NCBI RefSeq assembly: GCF_009914755.1
Contig: NC_060929.1
From: the human T2T-CHM13v2.0 reference genome, Homo sapiens
DNA length: 64,000 nt
Direction: 5' to 3' (one strand)
Shown piece after piece: positions 1 to 14,253 of this stretch (its first letter is position 1; each line of letters begins with the position of its first letter). The position numbers and the translations under genes are program-made. Under the pieces are notes generated by a model. The model did no database searches. It was given only the letters and a program-made list of their open reading frames with translations, and had not been told where the DNA came from.

Positions 1-235
1 CATATTTTGCATGGTTTGTTGATTTAATAAATAAAATAATTTTAATTTGAAAATATGCTTCTTTTTTGAGTCTTTGTTTCTTTTGCTCAAGGAGTGGCAA
101 CCATATTTCTCCAATATCCCCATAAGGAACTTCATAGTCTTCTTTGTGTCTTCTCTTTCCCCCATTTACTACATTTGAACTATCCACTAAGGTTTGTTTA
201 ATCTGTTTTTTTAACTGTTTTTTCTTCAATACTTT

Positions 236-760
236 TGTTACGAGAAAAATCAAGATTTGTATAGAAAAAATATTTCCCACAACCTGGGAGGGAGCCAAGA
301 GACCAAAGAACGACTTGGACAAGTCAAGCTTGGTGAGGAGACCTGTTTATTAGGACTTACATACAGGATACTCGTGGGCAGCAGCAGGACAATTTGGGGA
401 TTTGTGTCACCCCCCCCACCCTCAAAACTGCTTTTAAGCTAATTTGCTAGCTCTATTTCTGCTATGTTTGAGCAATGAGACTGTTTTCCTTGGGAGGTTT
501 TCAGATGCTCTCCAGAATGTTTGGGTTCTCAGAGACACCTGCTCTTTGGTTTGGGCACCATAGCTTTGGCACGCAACCTAGCCTTCAGTGGTCAGGCAGT
601 GGACACACACATACAGTATCCAAACGAAACCTTAGTGAAGGACTCATCACACTACAATTTTATACTAAAAATTCTCAAATTTCCTGGAGTTATTGATTCC
701 TGTTACCAATGGTTGGCTCAACATCCATCATTTCTTGGCTGGCTGATTGAACTTATCTCA
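236..760 (-). mobile_element. Probable ERV solo LTR, family not assigned
   Basis: TG...CA-like ends, AATAAA on the minus strand at 346-351, and LTR-like composition. No clear TSD. Confidence 0.45.
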
Positions 761-1629
761 ATTGTCACTGCTTTCTTTTACTTGCACACCTAATAAGTTT
801 ATTACCACAGACAAAATTACTTCTAAAGTGTAAAACAGATCTCACTTACTTAGGAATCTCTCATGCCTCTAGAGATTGGCCTGTCTTCCTAGATGATGCT
901 TAAGATCCTCCATGATTTCCAGCTCATACCTGTCTGATTCTTGGAATCCATAAAATTTAGAGTTCTTTTTTCTCTCTGATTTTCCACGCTCTTTTTAGTG
1001 TTCTTGATTGTGCATAGTTCTCAGTTGAGACATCTAGTCACCCCAGTGTATAAGGGAATGCCTCTTCAGTAAAATATTCTGTAAATACTTCTTGAATATA
1101 TAATTATAACAGAAAGTACATGCTGAGAAGGTGGACTTCTGGTACCATTGGCCAATCTCTTCCCCCCTCTTTTGTGTCACAAGCATTTCTCCGCTGGGCC
1201 TAGTTAGTCTTCCATACTCTTCTCAATAAACAAACTGTCCAGTGGACTCATCCTTCTTTAAATCATTTTATTGACCACTAACCAAGAGAAACTGCACTGG
1301 CATCTCAGTCTTCTATAGAAACCATGGATCAGCATTCATTTTTCAATATTAGCTTAAGACATACAAAATTAACAGTATTCTTTTGGCTTAAAAGTTTGGA
1401 TTTTAGCAATTTTATGAATTTTAACCTAATATGCAGAGTATTAAATTCTACAAAATATCTGACAAAAATAATTTTATCTACCTTGTTACATTTCCAGTGA
1501 TTATATGTATTTCTCACAGTTTGATATGTCAGACACCGCACAGGCTTGTCCACCCACCAGTGGGTATTTGATTCAGATACAATATTTTCTCTGGCCAAAA
1601 TAATTTTACCACTTTTAAAAAATATAATT

Positions 1630-2880
<1,251 letters not shown>

Positions 2881-3045
2881 TTGTTTGCTGTGAGATTCTG
2901 GTACACTATTCAGAGGGAGCTATTTCTCATTTTCTCTATGAAAACCTCACCAATATTTCCAAGTAAAAGTAAACATTTTGTTCTTCATGCAACCAAAAGT
3001 TTTAGAAACATTTTAAGTGTATGTGAAGTAGACCTATATGCGGTC

Positions 3046-3195
3046 ATTCTAGGAAAGAAGGACAAGTGTCATCCCAGAGGTAAACTCATCTTAGAATTCT
3101 AGGAAAGAAGGACAAGTGTCATCCCAGAGGTAAACTCATCTTAGAATTCTAGGAAAGAAGGACAAGTGTCATCCCAGAGGTAAACTCATCTTAGA
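3046..3195. repeat. Perfect 50-bp x3 tandem repeat
   Basis: Unit attctaggaaagaaggacaagtgtcatcccagaggtaaactcatcttaga at 3046, 3096 and 3146, all identical. Confidence 0.97.
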
Positions 3196-3437
3196 AAATG
3201 TCATGATATGAGATGGTGACTAAAGGCAAATACCAGAGCTGAGTTAGTGAAAAAAAGATGTTTCAGTGCAGAGATATGTGAATATCGATGGTTTCCTTCT
3301 GTGTTCAACCACATTCATACATGGCTACATACCAGTCAATCAAAATTACAAGTCACTTAGAGCTTTTTTTGTGAAAGCCCTTATGCAACTTGGCATGAAG
3401 CTCTACACTGGGGAGAGAAATGTCCTACACACAACAC

Positions 3438-4271
3438 TGTTACTGGGTGGGTCTTTGCTGTTAGAGCTCCCAAGATGGTGGTGGGCTGCATCCAAGATGG
3501 CAGCAAGCCTTTTATTCTCTGACCTGGGGTTCTTGGCCTCATGGATTCCAAGGAATGGAACCTCCGGCCGTGCAGTGAGTGTTATAGCTCTATTAGAAGC
3601 TGTGGGTCATGGAAGAGAACTGTGGAACCCAGCGACTAGTGGTCAGCTCGATTAGGATGAACCCGGGCACTTAGCTGGGCAGGAACAATGGTAAGCCTCT
3701 AGCCCAGTGGGGAGCAGGAGCCGCCATGGGTGCCTTACTGGATCAGAAGCGCAGTGGACACCCTGCCGGATCTGGAGGGGTGGAAGTCAGCAATGGGTGC
3801 CTCACTGAATCAGAAGCACAGCAGACACCCTGCTGGATCCGGAGGGGTGGAAGTCAGCGGAGGGTCTGCGACGGCAGCATTCAGCAGTGATGGACGGCAA
3901 CGAAAGCTCAGCTCCTGCCAGAACAAACACGGACCAGAAGAGTGTGCAGTTGCAAGATTTAATAGAGTGAAAACAGAGCTTCCATACAAGGGGAGGGGAC
4001 ACAAAGGGTTGCCACTCCCTGCTTGAATGCCTGGGTTTATATCCCGATCATTGTCCTTCCCCCTGTGCTCTCAGGTGATATATGATTTGACTATTTCTTT
4101 ACCTCCTGCTTTTAGCCTAATTTGTATTTTAGTGAGCCCTCTTTACTACCTGATTGGTTGGGTGTGATCTGAGTTACAAGCCCCGTGTTTAAAGATGGGT
4201 GCTGTCACCTTCCCCAGCTAGGCTTAGGAATTCTTAGTCGGCCTAGGAAATCCAGCTACTCCTGTCTCTCA
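3438..4271 (-). mobile_element. Solo LTR17 (HERV-W LTR)
   Basis: Minus strand begins TGAGAGACAGGAGTAGCTGGATTTCCTAGGCCGACTAAG and ends CAGTAACA. It has a TATA-like GGATATAAACCC and an ATTAAA poly(A) signal. Flanks acac/acag are a near 4-bp TSD. Confidence 0.9.
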
Positions 4272-6082
4272 ACAGTGAAGTGTTATATCACCGATTGAGA
4301 CCAGTAAAGTGCCCCAAACATGGGGCTTCCTGTGGTGTTCAGCAGCAAAGCTATAGCAGAAATCATCAGGGGATCAAAACTTTTGCCAGAGGGAGGGCAT
4401 ACCTAGTTTCGGCTTTATCTCATCTTTTAAAGGATGACCTCTGAACAAAAAATTCTTAAGGAAATTGAAACAGGCACGTAGTGATATATAGATACCAGCT
4501 GATTTGTATATCACCCTTAGGGGTTAAGAATTGACAAAAATTACTCAAGAAGGGAAGCCAGTAGCATAATAAATGCCTCAACATCAGCAGAAGCCAGGTG
4601 CTATTGAAACGTAACTAATAAAAGAAGCCTGAAGCTAATTATAGGGATAATTTCCCTATTTAATATGCCAATTTTTTAAAATTTGGGGATCAAGTAAAAT
4701 AATGCATATTATTATATTTTGAACTAACAAAATTCTATACAAGAGAAAGTATTATTCATCACAGAAATCAGTATCTTCTATTGTCCTTGGGAAAAAAAAA
4801 TTAAATAACCGCATCCTAATTCCATTAAGATTCCATATAAGGTGATAACGATGTAGGAAAAAAACTTCAATAATGATTGTATTTAGTATGATAATTCATA
4901 TGTAGTTATTCACTTCAATTTTATATTTTCTGTAATACAATATTCTGGTATTTTTGACAGTATTACTATCAAAGAAAAAAAGTGTGTTCATATACTATAG
5001 TAGGTAACTGGCTTAAGGAACTACAGAATTCAATGAAAGTCCTCAAAAGGGCTGACCTGTTACAATCTCTAATTTTCCATGTTGAAAAAAAAATCATTAA
5101 TTTTAAAAATGTGTTCACATGTTTAAAGGCTTGGAAAGTCAACAGTGAGTCTTTAAATAATTTTGTGTTTTTCTCATCATTAAACCAAATGAAATTGACA
5201 GGAATGAGAACCTCTGCCAAGGGGAGACACTTGTTATTTTCTGCTTAAGAAAACAATAGAACTTGGACATTTTAGTGTCTAAGACAACCAAACACTCAAA
5301 CTTAGAAAAAAAATTAGAGTATGTGGTTGTATAATTTTAGATTTCTGAATTCCTTGTATAAGTTTATTTGTAATGTAGATTTTATTAAATTTATTTTCTA
5401 TTGTATAAATGATTGCATACATGTAACAGATTCTAATAGATTATTGTTAAATATAGTAGTTAAGAGCATAAATTCAGGTGTTAACCTTCCACTGTTAAAT
5501 CTTATTTTGATAAATTATTATCTGCATGACCTTGAGTAAATTAATAGCACCTTTCTCGTTGAGATGTTACGGGAATTGAATGAGTTGACATGTGTAAATG
5601 ACTTATAATGGTCTGCACGACATTCAGAAATCAATCAGTAAAATTTACTACATCAACAAAATATAGAATAAAGTCTATATGGTAGTCTTCATAGATGTAC
5701 AAAAAGCATTTGGCAAAATTTAAAACCCAGTCAAGACCTAGGTATAGAAAAGAGTATCATCAATATGATATTCTGGTATCAATATGATAAAAGACATCCA
5801 TGAAAAACTTATACCTAAAATTATATTTGATGGACTACAAATTCCCAAATATGGAAATGAGTATCTCCTCCTGCCACTTTTGTTTGACATTTTGCTAGAA
5901 TTAATGGATAATGTAAGAGAGAAAGAAAACTATTAATTCAGATCAAAATGGAAGAATAAATTTTTTTTAAAAAAAGAATGACTTTTATATAAAACATTAG
6001 TTCATCAGAAAACAACCAAAAAATACTAATAAAGGAATTTAGCAAGGTTATAGACTCAAAAACATGTAAAAATAAATTATAT

Positions 6083-6374
6083 GCTGGGTGTGGTGGCTCA
6101 CATCTGTAATATCAGCACTTTGGGAGGCTGAGGCAGGCAGATCACTTGAGCTCAGGAGTTTGAGACCAGCCTGGGCAACATGGCAAAACCTCATCTCTAT
6201 AAAAAATACAAAAATTAGCCCGGTGAGGTGGTGTGCTTCTGTGGTCCCAGCTACTCTGGAGGCTGAAGTGGAGAATCACCTGAGCCTGCAGAGGTCAAGG
6301 CTGCAGTAAGCTGAGATCATGCCACTGCACTCCAGACTGGGTGATAGAGTGAGACCCTGTCTCAAAACAACAAC
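6083..6374 (+). mobile_element. AluJ-like element
   Basis: Diverged dimeric Alu. Confidence 0.9.

Positions 6375-6416
<42 letters not shown>
6375..6416. repeat. (ATCT)n microsatellite, about 10 units, at the Alu tail
   Basis: Read directly from the sequence. Confidence 0.95.
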
Positions 6417-8173
6417 GCACATATATATTAATGTATATATACATATTAGTGTATGTATATAGATATAAGTATACTAGAAACATTTACTGAAAATAACCAT
6501 TTTTTAAATGATACCATTCACAGTAACATCAAATTTGAAATATATTTGCAATGAATATGGTATACCCACTACAATAAAAATTATAAAGCAGAGAGAAATC
6601 AAAGATCTAAATAAATATAGTGCTAGATCAAATCATTAGAGAGTAAATAACATTAATATATAAATTCTCCCAAAAGTAATCTGCAAATTCAATAATTACT
6701 ATAAATAATCCATCACACTTTTACTGTATAAATTGACAAGTTGATTCTAATATACCTGTGAAAATACAAAGAACCAATAGAGCAGATTTATACTACTGAA
6801 ATTTAACACTTTCATTACTATAAATATACAGTAATTTTGAGAGTGTAGGGGAAGACAAATCAATAAAGGGGACAGAAAAAGAGTCCAGAAACAGATACAA
6901 ACCTATATAAGCAATTAATTTTGATAAAAAATAATTAATTGGGAACAGGCTTATTTTCCCAATAAATGCTACTGAAACAACTGGATATTTCTGAGGGAAA
7001 ATGACTCTATAATCCTACCTTAAATGATTCATAAAAATTAAATGGAAATGAATAATTAGAGTAAGCATAAAGATTAATCTAAAAAGTTTTAGAAAACTAA
7101 GATTACTTTGTAACCCTAGGTAGGTAAAGACTTCTTAGAAAAGACACCAAAATCATTAAATATGAAAGAAAAATTGATTACATAATTTATAAAATGTATA
7201 AAAGACTTTTGAATCACATGAAAGAATTCCAAAAATCATTAGTCATTAAAGAAAGAAACATTATAATTACCAAGCAAAATTACTTTATATTCCCTTTAAT
7301 GACAAAAACTAAAGACTGATAGAATCAAATGTTAGCCAGTATGTGAAGCAGTTGGATCTCACATTCCTGCCATGAGTAGAAAATGTTACAGTCACTTAGG
7401 AACACAGTTGGGGAGTTTCTTATAAAGTTAAGCAAGATCTACGCTATGACCCATCAATTCCAAACCACAGAACACGTGACCCAGGAATATTCCCAAAAGA
7501 ATATTCATGGAAGCTCCATTTACAGTAATTAAAAAGGAAAAGCGACACTAATGTTCATTTACAGGTAATGGGTAAAGAAACTTTTGCATTTACATAATTC
7601 ATATTCAGCAATAAAAGAGACAAACATTGGTGCTTGCAATAAAACAGATGAATTTCAAAAACTTTGTGTTAAGTGAAAGAAGCCAGTTACAAAATCATGT
7701 ATATTCCAGGATTTCATTTATATTAAGCTCTAGACAGGCAGAAATAACTGATAGTGGCAAAATAGTGTTTTGTACTGGGAAGCTGAGGAATGTGAACTTA
7801 TGGAACCAGGACCTGGGGAGCATACTTCAGTGATGAAAATGTTCTACAGGCATACCTTGGAGATATTGAAGGCTCGGTTCCAGAGCACAATAAAGGGAAG
7901 GTCGCAATAAACCAAGTCACAAGAATATTTTGGTTTCCCAGTGCATGTAAAAGTTATATTTACACTATACTTTAGTCTATTAAGTGTGAACTAGAATTCT
8001 GTTTAAAAACAATGTACATTACAATTAAAAATACTTTATTGCTAGAAAATGCTAACAATCTTCTGAGCCTTCAAGCCTCATAATCTTTTTACTGGTGGAA
8101 TGTCTTGCCTAGATGTTGGTGGCTGCTGACTGACCAGAGTGGTGATTGCTAATAGCTGGGGTGGTGTGGCAAT

Positions 8174-8326
8174 TCTTTTGTTTTTTGAGCTGGAGTTTCG
8201 CTCTTGTCACCCAGGCTGAAGTGCAATGGCGAGATCTCAGCTCACTGAAACCTCCTGGTTTCAAGCAATTCTCCCTCAGTCTCTTGAGTAGTTGGGATTA
8301 CATGCATGACAACACATGTGGCCAAT

Positions 8327-8362
<36 letters not shown>

Positions 8363-8472
8363 CAGTAAAGACCATGTTGCCCTGGCTAGTCCGGAGCTCC
8401 AGACCTCAGGTGATCCACCTGCTTCAGCCTCCCAAATTGCTGGGATTACAGGCATGAACCACTGCATCCGCC
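8174..8472 (-). mobile_element. AluS in Tigger1, with expanded middle A-rich linker
   Basis: Alu sequence with a run of about 30 T at 8333-8362. Confidence 0.9.
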
Positions 8473-8932
8473 CACAATTTTTTTAAATAAAAAAAATATA
8501 TATAGTTTGCCTCACCGGTTAACTCTGCATTTTTCAAAGATTTCTCTGTAGCACAGAGGATGCTGTTTGATAGCATTTTACTCAGAGTAGAAACTGGAGT
8601 CGATCCTCTCAAATTCTACTTTATCAACCAAGTTATGTAATATTCTAAATCCTTTGTTGTCATTTTAATAATGTTCACAGCATCTTCATCAGGAGTAGAT
8701 TCTATCTCTAGAAACCATTTTCTTTGTTCATCCGTAAGAATCAACTCTTCATCTGTTAAAGTTTGATCATGAGATTGCAGGAATTTAGTCACATCTTCAG
8801 GCTTCATTTATAATTCTAGTTATCTTGCTATGTCCACTAGATCTGCAATTACTTCCTCACTGAAGTCTTGAACTCTTCAAAGTTATCAATGAGGGTTGGA
8901 ATCAAATTGTTCCAAACTCATGTTAATATTGA

Positions 8933-9234
8933 TTTTTTTTTTTTTTTGGATGGAATTTCACTCTTGTCACTCAGGCTGGAGTGTAATGGCCTGATCTCGG
9001 CTCACTACAACCTCCGCCTCCCAGGTGCAAGCAATTCTCCTGCCTTAGCCTCCCAAATACCTGAGATTACAGGTACAGGCCACCACATCCAGCTAATTTT
9101 TGTATTTTTAGTAGAGATGGGTTTCACCACATTGGTCAGGATGGTCTCAATCTCTTGACTTCGTGATCTCTTGATCTCTTGACCTCAGCTTCCCAAAGTG
9201 CTGGGATTACAGGTGTAAGCCACCGCGCCTGGCC
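8933..9234 (-). mobile_element. AluS in Tigger1
   Basis: Dimeric Alu with TSD-like taatattga/taatattaa flanks. Confidence 0.9.
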
Positions 9235-9890
9235 TAATATTAATATTTTGACCTTTTCCCATGAATCACAAATGTTCTTAATGTCATCCAGAATGATGAA
9301 TCCAATTCCAGAAGATTTTCAAATTATGTAGCCCAGACCCATAGAAAAATCACTCTCTATGGTAGCTGTGGCATCATAAAATGTATATTTTCAAAACAAT
9401 AAGACTCAAAAGTCAAAAATTACTTCTTGAACCATGGAGTAATTTAAAAATAAGACTGGCGACTTTAAGTTAAAGCCAATGCTTATTTACTATTTGAAAA
9501 TCGTAGGGTCCTTAATAATTGTGCTTAGAGCTGGGCCTAATGGCTCATGTGAGTAATCCTGGCTACTCAGGGAGCTGTGTAGCTGGGATTAAAAATAATA
9601 AGTCTCAAAAGTCAATAATTACTCCTTGATCCATGGACTGCAAAATGGATGTTGTGTTAGCAGGCATGAAAACAAAATTAATATTTGGGTACATCTCCAA
9701 CAGAACTCTTGGGTGGCTAGGTGCAGTGTCGATAAGCGGTAATGTTTTGGAAAAAAAATTTTTTTGAGCAATAGATCTCTAAAGTGGGCTTAAAATATTG
9801 AGTAAGTAAACCATGTTGTAAACAAATGTGCTGTCATCCAGCCTTTGTTATTCCATTTATAGAGCACAGGTAGAGTAGATTAAGCATAAC

Positions 9891-10196
9891 TTTTTTTTTT
9901 TTTGAGAGTTGGAGTCTTGCTTGGTTCACCCAGGAGGAAGTGCAGTGGCATGATCATGGCTCATTGCTGCCTGAAACTCCTGTGCACAAGCAATCTTCCT
10001 TCCTCAGCCTCCTGAGTAGCTGCAGCTGCTGGTGCATACTACCACACAGGGCAAAGTTTTTCATTTATTTGTCTGTTTTTAGAGAGGAGGTCTCACTATG
10101 TTGCCCAGGTTGGTCTCAAATTTCTGGCCTCAAGCAATCTTCCAGCCACAGCCTCCTGAGTAGCTGAGATTACTGGTGTGAGCCCTTGTGCCCAGC
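9891..10196 (-). mobile_element. AluJ-like element in Tigger1
   Basis: Diverged Alu with TSD-like taagcataa/taagtataa flanks. Confidence 0.85.
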
Positions 10197-10761
10197 TCTA
10201 AGTATAATTATTAAGGGCCCTAGGATTTTCAAACAGTAAATAAGCATTGGCTTCAACTTAAAGTCACTAGATGTACGCTAGCTTCTAACAAGAGAGTCTG
10301 ACTGTCCTTTGAAGCTTTGAAGCCAGGCATTGACTTCTTGTCTCTAGTTATAAAAGTTCTTAGAGGACATCTTCTAAGATACAGCTGTTTCATACATTGA
10401 AAATCTGGTTTTTAGTGTAGCCACATTCAACAATTATCTTAGCTGTCTCTTCTGATAACTTCTGACAGCTTCTATATAAGCACTTGTTGCTGTGCGTTGC
10501 ATTTTTTATGTTATGGAAATGACTTCTTTTCTCAATCCTCGCGAACCAACCTCTGTTAACTTCTGACTTTTCTCCCGCAGACTCTTCACCTCTCTTGGCT
10601 TTTAAAAAATTGAAGAGAGTTAAGGCCTCTGCATTACGTCTTGGCTTAAGAGAATTTTGTGGCTGGTTTCATCTTTTATTCAGACCACTAAAACTTTCTT
10701 CATATCAGCAATAAGGGTGCTTTTTCACATTCGTGTGTTCACTGGAGTAGCACTTTTAAGT

Positions 10762-11037
10762 TTTTTCTTTTTATTATGCTTTAACTTCTAGGGTACATGT
10801 GCACAACGTGCAGGTTTGTTACATATGTATACATGTTCCATGTTGGTGTGCTGCACCCATTATTAACTCATCATTTACATTAGGTATATCTCCTAATGCT
10901 ATCCCTCTCCCCTCCCCCCACCCCACGACAGGCCCCGGTGTGTGATGTTCCCCACCCTGTGTCCAAGTGTTCTCATTATTCAATTCCCACCTATGAGTGA
11001 GAACATGCAGTGTTTGCTTTTCTGTCCTTGTGATAGT
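10762..11037 (-). mobile_element. 5'-truncated L1PA 3' end in Tigger1
   Basis: Canonical L1PA 3'UTR text agggtacatgtgcacaacgtgcaggtttgttacat...cccacctatgagtgagaacatgcag. Confidence 0.92.
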
Positions 11038-13982
11038 ACAAAAACTTTTTTTTGCAGTCACAACTTGACTAATTGTGTGGCCTAAGTGTCCTACTTTACA
11101 GCTGATCTTGGTTTTGACACACCTTCCTCTTTAAGCTTAATTATTTTGCCACACCTTTCTCTTTAAGCTTTATTATTTCCTGCTCTTAATTTAAAGTGAA
11201 AGACATGCAACTCTTTCTTTCTCTTAGAGACCATCGTGGGGTTGTTAATTGACCTGATTTTAATATCATGTCTCAGAGAACAGGAAGGCCTGACAAGAGG
11301 GAGAGAGATGGGGAACAGCCAATTGGTGGAGCAGTCAAAATATACACACATTTAAGGATTAAGTTTGCTGCCTTACATAAGTGCAGTTTGTGGTTCCCCA
11401 AAAACTATTCTAGTAACATCAAACTTCACTGATCACAGATCACCGTAACAGACATAAAAATAATTCAAAAGTCCGAAATGTGGGAATTACCAAATGTGAC
11501 ACAGAGACATAAAGCAAGCATGTGCTGTTGGAAAAATGATATAGATGGGCTTGCTTAATGTGAGGTTTCCACAGCCTTCAGTTTGTAAAAAGCACAATAC
11601 CTGCAAAGCAGAATAAAACTAGATATGCCGTATAGGTTAATGGGTGTGGGTATTAAACATTACATATATTTGTCAAAACCCAGCAAATTACATTTATTTA
11701 TACTTTATTGAAAAAATAGTCTACCACTAAGTAAAATAGCGATTTAATCTATGACTGCTAATCTATAACAAAAACTGCTATAAAGAAATGTTTTGTACTA
11801 ATATCTATATAATTACATAAGTATGTAATTATATATATACACAAATAACAGTTTTATATGAATGTATAAAAGCATTATAAGTTTGTATTTGTATATATGC
11901 ATATGTGTATGAATTTGGGTATACATATATGTGTTTTTGTGAGATTTCATACTCTCAGATACACCAATGACTTTTAGAATAACTTAAAATTTTGAAAAAG
12001 AACCACAACATATATTTAAATACATTCTACACCTTAAATGTTCTTCCAATTTTATGTTGAAAAATTTATTAGAATATTGATATATTAAACTGCATCATGA
12101 AAAGCTTATTTACATATTTAAATATTATAGTCATCATTTCTACATGCCTATGTCAGCCTTGTTTAATCACATAATTTAAAGCATATTTTAATATGTCATT
12201 AATTTTGTTTCTATAGATTATTTTGATGACATAGATTTCATATATTTGTCAACTTTTTTAAAGTAGTTTAAAAAATTTTAAAAATTGCTCATTATTATAG
12301 TGAGAGGATTATACAGGTTTTTTCCTGCTTCCTTATATGACAGTTTGAAAATATTCTTATAGTCTTAATTACAAATACATGTAAAATCTTGATAGGTAGA
12401 TATAAATATTTGCTTCTTGTTTCTCTTCTTTTGTCAAACAAGTATTAACTACTTATTCCTTTAATCATATTATTTTTCTATAATTAAAGCCCACTTTTCT
12501 CAAACATTTGAGATGGTATGAACTGAGATATAAAATGATAGAACTTTGAAGTCTTGAACCAGCATTCAAGCTTTTAACAAAATAAGGAACATACATTTGT
12601 TCTCAGTCTCTACTCTGAACCCACAAAAGAAGGAGTATAATTGAAGGACCTGGGTTTGGCAACTACTGAATTCTAAAAAGTACATACAAATATATGGGGA
12701 GCCCGCATCAGAGGAATAGAAGGAATGGGATTCAACATTGGAGAATCATTGCCTTGGAGTGAGAGAAGACAAGAGACTATACATAAATCATAGATGATAG
12801 TTTGGGAAAATTACATTATTTGTGTTTTTGTTCCTTTGCAAATTGACCAAGAGGGATCTTTGCCTTCTCATTAGCTCACTGAGGACAAGAAAGCAAAACT
12901 GATGCCTTGTAACAGGGCAAAAATGGGAGAGCTCCTGTGCTCATATGGATAAATAGGAACCAGCAATGTGTAAAGTAAGGTGCTTCATACATTCTCTCTC
13001 ATTACTCTCAATCTACTTCCCAGCACCATATATGGGATACTTGTCAATTACAATGGCCAATTGCAGGCTCAAGATTGTGTAGTGCCTTAAGCAGAGATCA
13101 TGAGGTATTATTCTGAGTTGTAGGATAACATGTGTAAGGAAAATGAGAGAGGTCAAGCCCTTCCTCTATCACCAAAAAGAAGTATTTTTCAGACTGTTAA
13201 ACAAAGCTCATTTGTAACAAAAAATATTTTAATGGGCTACAATAAGTGTATTTAAATAAGATGAGAATGAATTGAAAACATCAAGGTGTATCAAATGAGT
13301 GATGGTAAGCATTTTTAAGTAAGTTCTTTGTAAGTTAAGCTTTTCAAATACACACACACATTTATTATAAAATGTTAAATCCATGAGGATTGAAATATTT
13401 GTGGTTTTTGTTCAATCCTGATACTGAGTGAGTCAGAATGCATCTGATATTTTATAGGCATTCAATAACCATTTAAAAAATTAATGTAGTTATATGCTAT
13501 ATGTATTTAAAAATACATTATGAAATGCATATTTCTATGGTAGATCTCAATAAAAAATTTTTGAAAGCAATGCTGTTATTTTAGCTCATAGAACATAATA
13601 TAGGGTTTAGACTTTCACTCCTCTTCCAGCCCCAGTTAGATATTATTAACTAGAGAAAGCAAATCCCTTGAGCATTTAAAATGAGCACATGACATATGAG
13701 AAAAACAGTCACAGTGAAAGACCACCTACATAAGAGAATCAAAATGAGTGTGTGTATATGTGTGTGCACATATGTGTGTATTAAATATTGAAAAGGAGAG
13801 GATATTAGAAACATTAAACAAGAATTAGAAAGCAGCTTTGAAAACAGAAAATAATCAAAGATATTAAGTATAAAACTACAGTTGTTGAAATAGAGATCAT
13901 CTAGCTCAAAGCCTCTTATTTAAAGAGGAAATGGAGACTGGAGACTGAGAAAGAAAATAATTGTTTCAAGTTTCTGCGTGTA

Positions 13983-14253
13983 TTTTTTTTTTTTGAGGCA
14001 AAGTCTCACTCTGTTCACCCCGGCTGGAGTGCAGTGGTGGATATTGGGGTCAAGTGATTCTCATGCCTCAGCTTCTGGAGTAACTGGGATTACAGGTACC
14101 CAATACCATGCCCAGCTAGTTTTTGTATTTCTAGTAGAGACGGGGTTTCACCATGTTGGCCAGGCTGGTCTCGAACTCCTGACATCAGGTGATCTACCCA
14201 CTTCGGCCTCCCAAAGTACTGGGATTACAGGCGTGAGCCACCATGCCCGGCCT
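13983..14253 (-). mobile_element. AluS with a small right-arm deletion
   Basis: Alu sequence lacking the ctcactgcaacctccgcc segment. Confidence 0.9.

Larger units (their letters stand above)
5620..7844 (+). mobile_element. Degenerate L1M ORF2/3' region
   Basis: Recognisable decayed L1 text (aaaagcatttggcaaaatt, gagtccagaaacagat, ctatgacccatcaattcc). No intact ORF. Confidence 0.75.
7847..11630 (-). mobile_element. Full-length Tigger1 (pogo-like DNA transposon) with nested insertions
   Basis: TIR caggcataccttggagatattg at the left and ...aataaaactagatatgccg at the right, with TA on both sides. ORF 8616-8807 ([20 protein letters not shown]...TTKDLEYY) is a Tigger1/TIGD1-like transposase fragment. 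About 2.4 kb remains after removing the inserts. Confidence 0.9.

Noticed and set aside
3046-3195. Possible CRISPR-like array
   Set aside because: The units are contiguous with no spacers, there are no cas genes and the context is eukaryotic. It is a minisatellite.
3266-4026. 129-aa and 98-aa ORFs
   Set aside because: They are mostly read from the antisense strand of LTR17 and are chance ORFs in GC-richer repeat DNA.
8616-8807. Functional transposase or TIGD-like gene
   Set aside because: Only a 63-aa remnant survives, and the element is broken by stops and several insertions.
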